A stretch of 64,000 nucleotides of DNA. Origin: Octopus sinensis (taxonomy: Eukaryota). The notes below the pieces were generated by a model. The model saw only the letters and a program-made list of their open reading frames with translations, ran no database searches and had not been told where the DNA came from. The stretch is taken from positions 1-64,000 of the forward strand of contig NW_021833774.1 in assembly GCF_006345805.1 (NCBI RefSeq), read 5' to 3'. Position numbers and translations under genes: made by a program. Shown one piece after another: positions 13,620-27,008 of the stretch (position 1 is the first letter of the stretch; the number at the start of each line of letters is the position of its first letter).

Positions 13620-13990
13620 AGCTGTGGCCATGGTGGGGCACCGCCATTTGGAGTTGCTACATGATTTTACTTTACGAATGCTTTTTAGCAATTGCCATTT
13701 GGTGCATGAGAGAGTTCGATGCAGCTGCCCTCATCTGCACCTCCTGCCGTGAAGTTGGTTCATCTGGGACACCTGACAGGAAGAGATCCAGTTTTATTTT
13801 AAAGACATCTGTATCCACCCCATGCAGGTCTCTCAGGTTCTTCAGGAGGATATTGAAGGGCTGTGGGCATCTGAAGCCCAGGTTATCCAAGTATCTTGTC
13901 CTACATCTTGATGGCAAATTTGGAGTCCTTGGCACTATGCAGTGGCGTCCAGTTCTAGCATTTGTGTAACACTCGATGCCAAAGCTTGGA
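13620..13990 (-). mobile_element. CR1/L2-like LINE ORF2 C-terminal fragment
   Basis: GFRCPQPFNILLKNLRDLHGVDTDVFKIKLDLFLSGVPDEP resembles the C-terminal tail of CR1/L2-group ORF2. Confidence 0.6.
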
Positions 13991-14230
13991 CCCAATCAAA
14001 TACATGCACACACGTATACACGCATACGCAAACTGATGCATATGCATCTTTGTGCATACCTTACCTGTGTGAGTTAGAATGTAAGTCTTTTTAGAAAATT
14101 GAACGATAGTTAGACACAAAGAGTATAGATAGATAGATGGATAGATGGATAGATGGATAGATGGATAGATGGATAGATGGATAGATGGATAGATGGATAG
14201 ATAGAGAGATAGATAGATAGATAGATGGAG

Positions 14231-14290
<60 letters not shown>

Positions 14291-14339
14291 GGATAGATAG
14301 ATAGATAGATAGACAGACGGATGGATGGATGGATGGATG

Positions 14340-14385
<46 letters not shown>

Positions 14386-14455
14386 GAGATAGATGGATAG
14401 ATAGAGAGATAGATAGAGAGATAGATAGATAGATAGATGGATAGATGGATAGATG

Positions 14456-14495
<40 letters not shown>

Positions 14496-14513
14496 TATGT
14501 GTGTGTGTGTGTG

Positions 14514-14808
14514 GAGGCGCAATGTCCCAATGGTTAGGGCAGCGGACTCGCGGTCGTAGGATCGCGGTTTCGATTCCCGGACCAGGCGTTGTGAGTGTTT
14601 ATTGAGCGAAAACACCTAAAGCTCCACGAGGCTCCGGCAGGGGGTGGGGTGATCCCTGCTGTACTCTTTCACCACTCTTTCTATCACTCTTTCTTCTGTT
14701 GGCCTGCTCGCTTAGCCAGCGGGGTGGCGTCATTTGAAGGTTAAACAATGCGAAGCGCATTGTGACCAGCGATGTGTAGCAACATCTGATAGCCTGGTCG
14801 GTCACGGT
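14514..14808 (+). mobile_element. tRNA-derived SINE family C with RTE-like 3' tail (partial copy 61170..61290)
   Basis: A box (TGTCCCAATGG) and B box (GGTTTCGATTCC); tail matches the RTE remnant at 24773..24828. Confidence 0.8.
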
Positions 14809-15058
14809 GTATGCGCATGTGTTTAAATAACTCAAGTAATTTGTACGCCTCAACCTCTTTCTCTGTATTTATCTATTTAATATATGCATGACTGTATGTG
14901 TATGTATGTATTACAAATATACATACATATATATATATATATATGTGTGTAGATACATCTATATATATATATATGTATATGTATGTATACATATATATAT
15001 ATATATATACGTATATATATGTATATATATGTAGATACGTGTATATGCATATATATAT

Positions 15059-15115
<57 letters not shown>

Positions 15116-15194
15116 TATGTATATGTATATATATATATATGTATATGTAAATATATATATAAGTATATGTAAATATATATATATATGTAAATAT

Positions 15195-16510
15195 ATATAC
15201 GAATTCAATCACTTACCGTTAATAGCGGACATATGTTTCTGGATCGCAAATGAGGTGAAACAGCCTGCTGTTAGCCTTCTTATTTTTTCTTTACTATATA
15301 CTGAACCTTACAAAGGTCTAGACAATTAATTTGTCGTATTTACATACCGAAATTTACCGGTAAATAATTGTTGGTTACATGATAAACCACAGGAAAATTA
15401 TTTACCATTTTTATTGAATTACCATGTGGATTCCTCATTCCATTACGATTACCCAGAAAGCGCGCATGGCAGAATTTTGGAGGGAAAATTTACGTTCCCA
15501 GTCGCCACTTAGTTTTAACATCTGCACTTTCCCCCCACTATCTGATGTCGCTGGGTCAGAAGTGAGGGCTAGTGGCATTTAGTAAAACTATCGAATATAG
15601 CGCCGATGACGGAATTCAAACTGTTTCCACGTTTGCGATCCAGAAACATATGTCCGCTATTAACGGTAAGTGATTGAATTCGTATATTTGCCACTCCGGT
15701 TTTGTGTATGTGAGCCGTAAGGGCCTTCGTTTTTGGATTCTCCACTTATAGAAATTGGAAAAACGGTCTTTGACTGCCATTTCTAATTCCTTCGGTATGA
15801 GGTGAAACAGCCTGCTGTTAGCCTTCTTATTTTTTCTTTACTATATACTGAACCTTACAAAGGTCTTGACAATTAATTTGTCGTATTTACATACCGAAAT
15901 TTACCGGTAAATAATTGTTGGTTACATGATAAACCACAGGAAAATTATTTACCATTTTTATTGAATTATCATGTGGATTCCTCATTCCATTACGATTACC
16001 CAGAAAGCGCGCATGACAGAATTTTGGAGGGAAAATTTACGTTCCCAGTCGCCACTTAGTTTTAACATCTGCACTTTCCCCCCCATATCTGATGTCGCTG
16101 GGTCAGAAGTGAGGGCTAGTGGCATTTAGTAAAACTATCGAATATAGCGCCGATGACGGAATTCAAACTGTTTCCACGTTTGCGATCCAGAAACATATGT
16201 CCGCTATTACGGTAAGTGATTGAATTCGTATATTTGCCACTCCGGTTTTGTGTATGTGAGCCGTAAGGGCCTTCGTTTTGGATTCTCCACTTATAGAAAT
16301 TGGAAAAACGGTCTTTGACTGCCATTTCTAATTCCTTCGGTATGAGGTGAAACAGCCTGCTGTTAGCCTTCTTATTTTTTCTTTACTATATACTGAACCT
16401 TACAAAGGTCTTGACAATTAATTTGTCGTATTTACATACCGAAATTTACCGGTAAATAATTGTTGGTTACATGATAAACCACAGGAAAATTATTTACCAT
16501 TTTTATTGTA
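15195..16510. repeat. ~545-bp tandem repeat (about 2.3 units) built on a MITE with ~55-bp TIRs
   Basis: TGAGGTGAAACAGCC recurs at ~15251, 15799 and 16343; the TIR at 15195..15250 is inverted at ~15630..15687. Confidence 0.75.
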
Positions 16511-16645
16511 AATATATATAGATATATTTACATATATATATATGTACATATATATATATATATATATATATTTACATATATGTAAATATATATATATGTA
16601 AATATATATAGATCTATCTACATATATATATATATATATATTTAC

Positions 16646-16721
<76 letters not shown>

Positions 16722-16791
16722 TATAGATATATTTACATATATATATTTACATATATATATATATATATAATATATTATATATATATTTAAA

Positions 16792-16838
<47 letters not shown>

Positions 16839-17026
16839 GTTATTTTCTCGTGTTCCTTTCTGTTGAAGAGCGTATGCTCCAATCGTAAAAGACTATCTCA
16901 CCTTCCCGAGTGTAAAACTAATACACCTGTTGTTTACCTACCTGTCTTCGTCTTTTGTTGTATTGTAAATTATAACTATATATATATATACATATACCTA
17001 TATATATATTTATATATACATATACA

Positions 17027-17058
<32 letters not shown>

Positions 17059-17102
17059 TTACACACCTGTCTTCAATTTTTGTGTGTGAATTCCGACTAT
17101 AT

Positions 17103-17137
<35 letters not shown>

Positions 17138-17202
17138 ATATATGTATATATATATGTGCATATGTATATATATAAATAAGTATATATATATATGTATGTA
17201 AT

Positions 17203-17242
<40 letters not shown>

Positions 17243-17664
17243 GTATGTATGCATGTATGTATGTATGTATGTATGTATGTATGTATGTATGTATGTATGT
17301 GTATATACGTTTATTAATTTATATTGCATGATTCCTGATGTGAAACCGTGTGTTGAAACATATATTGTATTTCGGGATGGTCATGTTTTCCTGTGCCAAA
17401 TAAACACACGCACTGTATATTCGTTCTTCGCTCGATCATTACTGTTCTCATTCTAACTCATGTCCATTGTCCGGAAATCTTTCGTCACTCATCTGTGACC
17501 TCTTCAGCGACGCTTACCGTCTTCGCATATGTTCTTGCTCCGCTTAGAATAGAATAAGCGATGCAAGCGCACAGTAATAAAGAACAGGAATAAACAAGTG
17601 AAGAATGAATCTATAGTACGTTTGTTTATTTGAAAAAAATCTTCTCCGGAATACTACAATATAT

Positions 17665-18056
17665 AGGCGCAGGAGTGGCTGTGTGGTAAGTAGCTTGTTT
17701 ACCAGCCACATGGTTCCGGGTTCAGTCCCACTGCGTAGCACCTTGGGCAAGTGTCTTCTACTATAGCCTCGGGCCGACAAAAGCCTTGTGAGTGGATTTG
17801 GTAGACGGAAACTGAAAGAAGCCCGTCGTATATATGTGTGTGTGTGTTTGTGTGTGCGTGTATGTTTGTGTATCTGTATATGTATTTGTATATATACATG
17901 TAGAGGTAGGTACGTACATATATGAATGTATATATGCATATGTTATATATATATATATATTTACTCTTTTACTTTTTTACTTGTTTCACCAGCATCGGTT
18001 GTCAAGCAATGCTAGGGGGACAAACACACCACACACACATATATATATATACATAT

Positions 18057-18141
<85 letters not shown>

Positions 18142-18451
18142 TACGTCTACCAAATCCACTCACAAGGCATTGGTCGGCCCGGGGCTATAGCAGAAGACAC
18201 TTGCCAAAGATGCCACGCAGTGGGACTGAACCCGGAACCATGTGGTTGGTTAGCTAGCTACTTACCACACAGCCACTCCTGCGCCTATGATGATTTGATT
18301 TTATTTTATTCTTTCGTTCAGATCGAAAATCGCAATTAATCTTGAAATTTCGTAAAATCCATTATTTGCACTGTTTATAATACCGGACCTGAAGGAGATT
18401 TGGCTGCTATTTCTACAAGTTTGAGGCTCCTCATTGGCGCGCTATTATTAC

Positions 18452-18492
<41 letters not shown>

Positions 18493-19757
18493 TGATTGTA
18501 ATTAAAGTTGTAATTAAAGCTGCAATTAATGTTGTGAGAATGTTTAAATAGTAAAGAACAATGTAATCGAATTGTGTAGTGAAGGATGAGGTGGTGTTGT
18601 GTGCTGTAAAATGAATAATTGGACAAATAATTAAGCAAAATTCACGCAAGTAACAAGGATGTAGCGACCTATTCAAAGGTAGAAACCCCGGGTTAAGGTG
18701 CAGTAATTTGTATAGTATAAGTGAATAAATGGAGTTGAACGCAGGAGTTATTCAAATCCTTTTACATTCGACATATGTTTCTAAGACAACATTGGTTTTA
18801 TTCCAAAGGAATAAACGGTGTAAAATAATGTAATCTTTTCATCAGGAAAGAAAGAGAACCTATCTCAACAAGACATTATAACAATTTTGATGACTGCATA
18901 AATGATAAACAGAATGCTATTGAGTATTTTTAAAATAACCATTTGTATATCTGTCGTCAAAGGAAGACTATAGGAAGAGAAGGGGTAAAGAAATAATAAG
19001 TAGACAACAAATATATATATGTGCATATATAGAAAATAGTAAAAAGTGAAAAAAACTACAGAAGGCTTGTTTTAAAAGGTTAAAAAATATATTTGAGTCA
19101 TTATGTCAGAAGAATGTTATAAAATTTTTTCATACAGTGACATAATTTTTGAAGAAATTACCGGTTTCGTGTTAACTTTACAAATTTCTCAAAACATCGT
19201 GTTATGTCTTCGTTATGAAGTGTAAAGGAGAGTTCCAGGTAAGGGGAGGTAATAAGTGATTTCTTCCGGTGTAAGGGAGATAATCGCTTTATATTTCTTG
19301 TCCCTTTTATTTAATGGGGTGAGTTTCTCTGTATAAGAATATTAGAGTGGTTAAGTTTGGGCTTTTATTTTTCAATAAAGAATGTTTCCTTGTTTAGTCT
19401 AATTTGTGTTGGTGTTCCAATAGCACATTCATAAAATGGAAAGATTAAAGATTGTGGTAGTAGTTGCTTTGCGCATTTCTCAATATGCTCATATATATAT
19501 ATACAAACACGCGCTTATATATATGTGTGTGTATATACACACACACCCCACACACCCCATATATATATATATATATTACTCATTACTCTTTTACTTGTTT
19601 CAGTCATTTGACTGCGGCCATGCTGGAGCACCGCCTTTAGTCGAGCAAATCGATCCCGGAACTTATTCTTTGTAAGCCCAGTACTTATTCTATCGGTCTC
19701 TTTTGCCGAACCGCTAAGTGACGGGGACACAAACACACCAGCATCGGTTGTCAAGCA

Positions 19758-19823
<66 letters not shown>

Positions 19824-19864
19824 GCGTGTGTGTGTTTGTGTGTCTTTGTTTGTCGTATATATGT

Positions 19865-19911
<47 letters not shown>

Positions 19912-20511
19912 TGTGTGGTGTGTATTTGTGTGTCTGTGTTTGTCCCCCTAGCATTGCTTGACAACCGATGCTGGTGTGTTTATGTCCCCGTCACCAAGCG
20001 GTTCGGCAAAATAGACCGATAGAATAAGTATTGGGCTTACAAAAGAATAAGTCCCGGGGTCGAGTTGCTCGATTAAAGGCGGTGCTCCAGCATGGCCGCA
20101 GTCAAATTACTGAAACAAGTAAAAGAGTATATATATGGGGTGTGGAGTGTGTGTGTGTATACACACACATATATATAAGCGCGTGTTTGTATGTTTGTAT
20201 TTATGTACACATACAAACATATAGAAAACATACACACATACACAAACACAGATGTATATATATATATATATTACTCTTTACTCTTTTACTTGTTTCAGTC
20301 ATTTGACTGCGGCCATGCTGGAGCACCGCCTTTAATCGAGCAACTCGACCCCGGGACTTATTCTTTTTTTTTTGTAAGACCAGTACTTATTCTATCGGTC
20401 TCTTTTGCCGAACCGCTAGATAACGGGGACATAAACCCACCAGCATCGGTTGTCAAGCAATGCTAGGGGGACAAACAAAGACACACAAACATACACGCAC
20501 ACACATATATA

Positions 20512-20589
<78 letters not shown>

Positions 20590-20755
20590 TACGACGGGCT
20601 TCTTTCGGTTTCCGTCTACCAAATCTTCTCACAAGGCTTTGGTCGGCCTGAGGCTATAGTAAAAGATACTTGCCCAAGGTGCCACGCAGTGGGACTGAAC
20701 CCGGAACCATGTGGTTGGTAAGCAAGCTACTTACCACACAGCCACTCCTACGCCT
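17665..20755. mobile_element. Cluster of SINE family A copies in alternating orientation (17665..17835 +, 17990..18285 -, 19583..19755 -, 19925..20122 +, 20276..20755 -)
   Basis: Direct sequence match to family A head and tail segments. Confidence 0.8.
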
Positions 20756-21079
20756 ATATATATTGTATGTATTTTTGTACGTCTACATGTGAGTCCTTAA
20801 TTCCTTAAATCCTTAAAAATGTTTTAGCCCGAATGCCGCGGCCATGCTGGGGCACCACCGCTGAGTATATAAAGATCCTCCAGAAGACTTCCAGAAACCC
20901 ACACCGACGCATCACGCATTCTCACACACTTTAAACATCCTATACCAGTTAAATCGCTGAAACACGTCATCCATTATTAAACTTGGGAAATATTTCACCT
21001 GATTATATTGTAATGAAAATAAACACGTATATATATAAAATATAATATATGAATTATATATATATAAAATATGAATCAT

Positions 21080-21129
<50 letters not shown>

Positions 21130-21159
21130 ATTATATATAATATATATATATATATATTA

Positions 21160-21548
21160 TATATATATAAAAGTGAAGTTGTGTGAGTGTCTGTCTCCTG
21201 CGATTTAGATTCCTAACTACTCCCACATTTTGCGATGCAGTTTAACCAAAACCGGGTATCTTATAGTCGCGATTCATATCGAGCCCTTCTGGGTATTAGC
21301 GCGCGTCTACGATGAGTCTACGATTTAAAAAAAATTACCATCATTTTTGTCCATTTTAATGCATTTTTGTCGCTATTATAAAAGGGAAGTAACTCTCTAA
21401 AAATGTCTACGATGAGTCAACGATTTTTAAAAAAAATTACCATCATTTTTTTTCCATTTCTAATGCACTTTTTGCTATTTTTGGGCTATAACTCTCTTAT
21501 ATAGTTATTTCCCTTACAAACCCGAGCAACGCCGGGCGATACTGCTAG
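21160..21548 (+). mobile_element. Non-autonomous Helitron
   Basis: Ends CCCGAGCAACGCCGGGCGATACTGCTAG|T; the 5' end is buried in (TA)n. Confidence 0.75.
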
Positions 21549-21850
21549 TATATATATATATATGTAAGAAAAATAAAACGGAAAATACGCACACTTACAT
21601 GGTTATGGTATAATTTTTTAAGTATTAATGTATTATAGGTATATTTTTAATGGATACATTAATAATTATACTATAACCATGTAGGTGCGTATTTTCGTTT
21701 TTTTATTTTCTTATATCCATTACAATCCACCACGTGGGGACAACCGAAATTCCTCTTTTTCTGTTACTTCTATATGTACGTATATATCTATATATATCTC
21801 TTATACAGTTATATCATATCATATATATAGTATATATATATTATATTATA

Positions 21851-23047
21851 TCAGGTCATCACATAAGTTCTGTCCGACTTTACCTTTTTTTAAGTTGAAT
21901 GAAATTTAATAGTATTTTAGAATGTCTCATGAATTAAAAAAATATTTTTATGCATTTGTCTACATTTAAACTAATTAATATTATTTTACAGAATAATAGA
22001 ATTAAAATTTTTTTGATTAAAACCCTTTCTAACATGGAAGTATCCAAAGAGCATTTGAGGCATATAATGCTTTATGAGTACAAAAATGGAAACTCTACAG
22101 CCGAAGCGACTCAAAACATACACTCATTTATGGGAAAGAATGCTTGAATGAAAGAACTTGCAGAAGATGTCTTGCAAAATTCAGAAGTGGAGATTTCAGC
22201 CTTGAAGATGATGTTCGAACGGGACGTCCAGTTGAGTTTGATGATAAGCTCTTTGAGGCATTACTTGAAGAAAATCCTGCATTATCAGTTGAAGAATTGG
22301 CAATAAAGCTTAGTTCAAATCATACAACAGTTCATCGTCATCTTCAACAACTTGGAAACGTTCCTGAACTTGGAAAATGGTGCCTCATGAATGTCCGAAA
22401 GCAACCGCAAATCCTGAATTGACATCTGCTCTTCTCTCCATTGTCGCGAACTCATTTCAACCCTTTTTGGATAGACTTGTGACTGGTGACGGAAAATCGA
22501 TCTTCCATCGAAATGTTAGACGTCGTAAACAGTGGCTTGGAAAACGGGAAAAAGCTCAACCACAACCGAGAAGGGAACTTCATGGGAAAAGTTCTTTTCT
22601 CTCTAAATGGTGGGATTGCAAAAGAGTAATTCACTTTGATTGTTCCACCTAATGCCACAATCAATGCTCAAGTCTACTGTCTGCGATTAAGCATTTGAAC
22701 GAAGCTTTAAAGAAAAAAAAATCGCTTTTGTGAATCGAAAAGGAGTGATGTTTCATCAGGACAATGCGCCACCCCCACACTACAAGATCACATTACAGAA
22801 GATCGAAGAGCTTGGTTGGGAAGAAATTCCCTCATCCCACTTATTCTACCGACCTTGCTCCTTCAGACTACCATTTGTTTCGTAGTTTACAGAACCATTT
22901 GGGGGACAACTTTCGCAAACCAGGAGGAGGTCGAAACTGACATTTCAGAGTTCTTCGCTTTGAAACCAAAAGAGTTTTACATTGATGGGATTAAAAAGCC
23001 TGTAAATAGATGGAAGGAAGTCATAGATATTCAGGGAAAGTACATTG
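21851..23047 (+). mobile_element. mariner (DD34D) transposon, frameshifted pseudogene, right TIR missing
   Basis: From ATG 22034: MEVSKEHLRHIMLYEY...GDFSLED...WVPHE-like...LVTGDGK...HQDNAPPH...YSTDLAPSDYHLF; several frameshifts. Confidence 0.9.
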
Positions 23048-24579
23048 TTCCGGGTTCAGTCCCACTGCATGGCATCTTTATTCTATTACTTTCATCTGGT
23101 AAAACAACTGCAAAAATATGCGGGGTGTTTATAGCGAACCGGAAAGTAGTTGTCTGGCACATTGCGCCTTGCATTGCTGTATCATTGTTAATATTTTATA
23201 AAGAGTAAAGGTGTGTGGTCTTGTGGTTAGGAACAAAGCACAGCGTGTGATGTCATGTGTTCAGGAGACAAACAAGGACCAGATGAAAGTAATAGAAATA
23301 AAGGTTGTCTAGGTATGCAACGTGACATGTTTCCGCTGGCCAATTGTTCGTTCTCCTGGTTTCTTATTTTATCTGAACAATGGCTGGCTATCCTTTTCAC
23401 TAGGTACTGGCCAAATAATGATTATAATAATTTGAACTTAGAACGTAGCTTCAAACGAAATACCTTTTTTTTTATTACCAACAGGCGCTAAAACCAGAGA
23501 GGACAAACAAGGACAGACACGCGGATTAAGTCGATTATATCGACCCCAGTGCGTAACTGCTACTTAATTTATCGACCCCGAAACGATGAAAGGCGAAGTC
23601 GACCTCGGCGTAATTTGAACTCAGAACGTAACGGCAGATGAAATACCTATTTCTTTACTGCCCACAAGGGGCTAAACACAGAGAGGACAAACAAGGACAA
23701 CAAACGGAATTAAGTCGATTATCGACCCCAGTGCGTATCTGGCATATACTAGAACATATTTGCCCAAGGTGCCATATAGTGGGACCGAACCTGAAATCAT
23801 ATGGTTGTAAAAATGAGCTTCTTAACCCCACACTCATCCCTGTATGGTTAAAGCAGCGACTTTTTAAAATATCGAGATTATCCCGCTTTGGAGATTTTAA
23901 TTGTAAAACAATCGTGAGCCTTCTGAATATGCAACTCCCTACATAGTACATCCTTGGCCTCTCTTGCCCCTTTGTAAGCCGACATGTTTATTTTAGGGCG
24001 CTACTGTCATGTTAAGTACCGCTGGGTTTGATTTGTTAGACGAATACCCTTTAACGAGGTGCTCTAACATGGCCGCAATCCATAACTGAAAGAAAGTAAA
24101 TGAAAAAAGTATTTGTTGTATTTAGGAATGGTCACTTTGCCAGTTTAGCCAATAAAACACACACACTATATATTTGGTGTTACTTTGCTTCAGCGTTATT
24201 TAATTTTTACATTAATCTTAATTTTATTTCGGCCAGAGTTCTTTCGTCAACTCCTGTGACCGCATCAGTGGTCCTTTGTTTTCTTCTTTCTTATTTGTGT
24301 GTCTCTCCTTACTAACCGTCAGTCATTTTAATTAATTTCCAGTGTACTCTCTCAAGGATATGCCTAGCATGGACCCCTCATGGCCCTTGCGTCGTATGGC
24401 ATCATCCAGCTTTGTTTCAAGCACAAACCCTTCACCGAGGTAAATACCAACAAGCCTGCTCTTATTCCCTTCGAGATTTCATTTTCCAAATCTCGGTGCA
24501 TATTCATTGTGTTCCCGTAAATAGAATACTGCTTTAGCTCGTCGAGCGGAAGGGAACGATGTGATCGCAGAGTAGCGAT

Positions 24580-24830
24580 GGCACAAGTTCCGTAGGGTGG
24601 TCATGTCGTCGCAAGTTCAACGGATAAATGAGAACCGTACAGTTGTTGAGTTTGTATCCAGGAGATCGGGAAAAATATCACTTGGAATGCCTCCACGACG
24701 AAAGAAAGAAAATTTAATCAAGCCATTTCGGTCAAGGTGGAAAAGAATGGCACAATCGAATTGGAAGCGCATTGGAAGCGCATTGTGGCCAGCGATGTAA
24801 AACAGCATGTGATGATCCGGTCGATCACCA
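24580..24830 (+). mobile_element. Degenerate RTE LINE 3' end
   Basis: GHV...RINENRTVVEFVSRRSGKISLGMPPRR...WKRMAQSNWKR resembles the RTE ORF C-terminus. Confidence 0.55.
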
Positions 24831-25059
24831 CCTTCAACCCACCACCACCACTGCCCATTTGGTTTGTGTTACAATATTTTCTTGACTGTGGGCTCTGAGT
24901 TCCATTCCTGCTGAGGTCAATTTCTCCTTTCACTCTTTCGGGGATTCATAAATAAAATAACTTCGGTGGTAGATCGTGGTTTGTTATGGTCTCGTGTGGG
25001 AAGTTTGGTTGGCGTCTGTGCGGTACTCGAGATTTAGAGTTCAAATCCAACCTCATGAG

Positions 25060-26118
25060 ATAACAGATAAGAATAATAATAATGATGTACGACACAGAAA
25101 CAAATATAATAATATTAAATTATTAAAACAAAAAAATAAATGATATGCAACAAACAAAAACAAATAATAATAATAATATAAATTAGTAAACAAATAATAA
25201 TAATGATATGCAACACAAAAACAAATATAATATAAATTATTAAAACAAATAATAATAATGATATGCAACACAAAAACAAATCTAAAATATTAAATTATTA
25301 AAACAAATAATAATAATGATATGCAACACAAAAACAAATAATAATAATATTAAATTATTAAAACAAATAATAATAATAAATTATTAAAACAAATAATAAT
25401 AATGATATGCAACACAAAAACAAATAATAATAATATTAAATTATTAAAACAAATAATAATAATGATATGCAACACAAAAACAAATAATAATAATAATAAT
25501 AATAAATTATTAAAACAAATAATAATAATGATATGCAACACAAAAACAAATAATAATAATATTAAATTATTAAAACAAATAATAATAATGATATGCAACA
25601 CAAAAACAAATAATAATAATATTAAATTATTAAAACAAATAATAATAATGATATACAACACAAAAACAATAATAATAATAATATTAAATTATTAAAACAA
25701 ATAATAATAATGATATACAACACAAAAACAAATAATAATAATAATATTAAATTATTAAAACAAATAATAATAATGATATACAACACAAAAACAAATAATA
25801 ATAATAATATTAAATTATTAAAACAAATAATAATAATGATATGCAACACAAAAACAAATAATAATAATAATATTAAATTATTAAAACAAATAATAATAAT
25901 GATATGCAACACAAAAACAAATAATAATAATATTAAATTATTAAAACAAATAATAATAATGATATGCAACACAAAAACAAATAATAATAATTAAATTATT
26001 AAAACAAATAATAATAATGATATGCAACACAAAAACAAATAATAATAATATTAAATTATTAAAACAAATAATAATAATAAATTATTAAAACAAATAATAA
26101 TAATGATATGCAACACCA
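25060..26118. repeat. AT-rich ~60-bp minisatellite (roughly 17 units)
   Basis: Unit AATGATATGCAACACAAAAACAAATAATAATAATATTAAATTATTAAAACAAATAATAAT with variable (AAT)n. Confidence 0.9.
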
Positions 26119-26225
26119 AAACGACTGTACACTTCCGTTAGAATTTGAGACCGACAGATCTTAGTTTTGTTCCTCTTCTACAGTTCGCTTCTCCATCGCT
26201 TCATGATTCCGCTCTCAGCAGAGCT

Positions 26226-26638
26226 GCTTGAGTCGACATACAAAGATGGTGGAAGCACTCACGTCGGTTTCGACGACGAGGGTTCCGGTTGATCCGATCA
26301 ACGGAACAGCCTGCTCGTGAAATTAACGTGTAAGTGGCTGAGCACTCCACAGACACGTGCACCCATAACGTAGGTCTCGGGGATATTCAGCGTGACACAG
26401 AGAGTGACAAGGCCGGCCCTTTGAAAATACAGGTACAACAACAGAAACAGGAAGTAAGATTGAGAGAAAGTTGTGGTGAAAGAGTACAGCAGGGATCACC
26501 ATCATCCCCTGCCGGAGACTCGTGGAGCTTTAGGTGTTTTCGCTCAATAAACACTCACAACGCCTGGTCTGGGAATCGAAACCGCGATCCTACGACCGCG
26601 AGTCCGCTGCCCTAACCACTGGGCCATTGCGCCTCCAC
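26226..26638 (-). mobile_element. Chimeric SINE: family C head + family B 3' body
   Basis: 26440..26638 is the reverse complement of 14514..14700; 26270..26420 is a diverged reverse complement of ~26850..27000. Confidence 0.65.
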
Positions 26639-26689
26639 ATACAAAGATATAGCCTTGGCAATGCACCACATTGTTTATCAGTGTATAGT

Positions 26690-27008
26690 GGAGGGCGCGT
26701 GGCTTAGTGGTTAGGGCATTCGGCTCATGATCGTAAGGTTGTGAGTTCGATTCCCGGCGACGCGTTGTGTCCTTGAGCAAGACACTGTTATTTCACGTTG
26801 CTCCAGTCCACTCAGCGGCAAAAATGAGTTGTACTTGTATTTCAAAAGGGTCAGCCTTGTCACTCTCTGTGTCACGCTGATTAACCCCGAGAACTACGTT
26901 AGGGTACACGTGTCTGGAATGCTCAGCCATTTGCACGTTAATTTACGAGCAGCTGTTCCGTTGATCGTATCAGCTGGGACCCTCGGCGTCGAACCGGCGG
27001 ATTCTTTA
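26690..27008 (+). mobile_element. tRNA-derived SINE family B (second copy 53231..53552, minus)
   Basis: GGAGGGCGCGTGGCTTAGTGGTTAGG...GAGTTCGATTCCC A/B boxes; GTGTCCTTGAGCAAGACACT core-like motif. Confidence 0.85.

Noticed and set aside
13549-13752. C-terminal extension of the 164-aa ORF 13258..13752 (likewise 39661..39798)
   Set aside because: Homology between 1A and 1B stops exactly at the GT donor; the extensions read into intron, LINE or SINE sequence.
14514-14590. tRNA-like sequences (also 26690..26760, 51305..51390)
   Set aside because: A/B boxes continue into SINE bodies present in multiple copies; no complete cloverleaf.
18480-18620. Similarity to intron 3 sequence at 48890..49040 as a possible remnant of a lost gene body for exon 1A
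   Set aside because: Short, low-complexity, adjacent to repeat-derived sequence and with no flanking exon homology; more likely a dispersed repeat.
24341-24438. AG...GT-bounded open segment as exon 2 of cassette A
   Set aside because: No similarity to exon 2 (no KPLYSG motif, wrong length); it lies among degraded repeats.
25060-26118. Regular ~60-bp repeat array resembling a CRISPR
   Set aside because: No unique spacers, no cas genes, eukaryotic context; it is a minisatellite.
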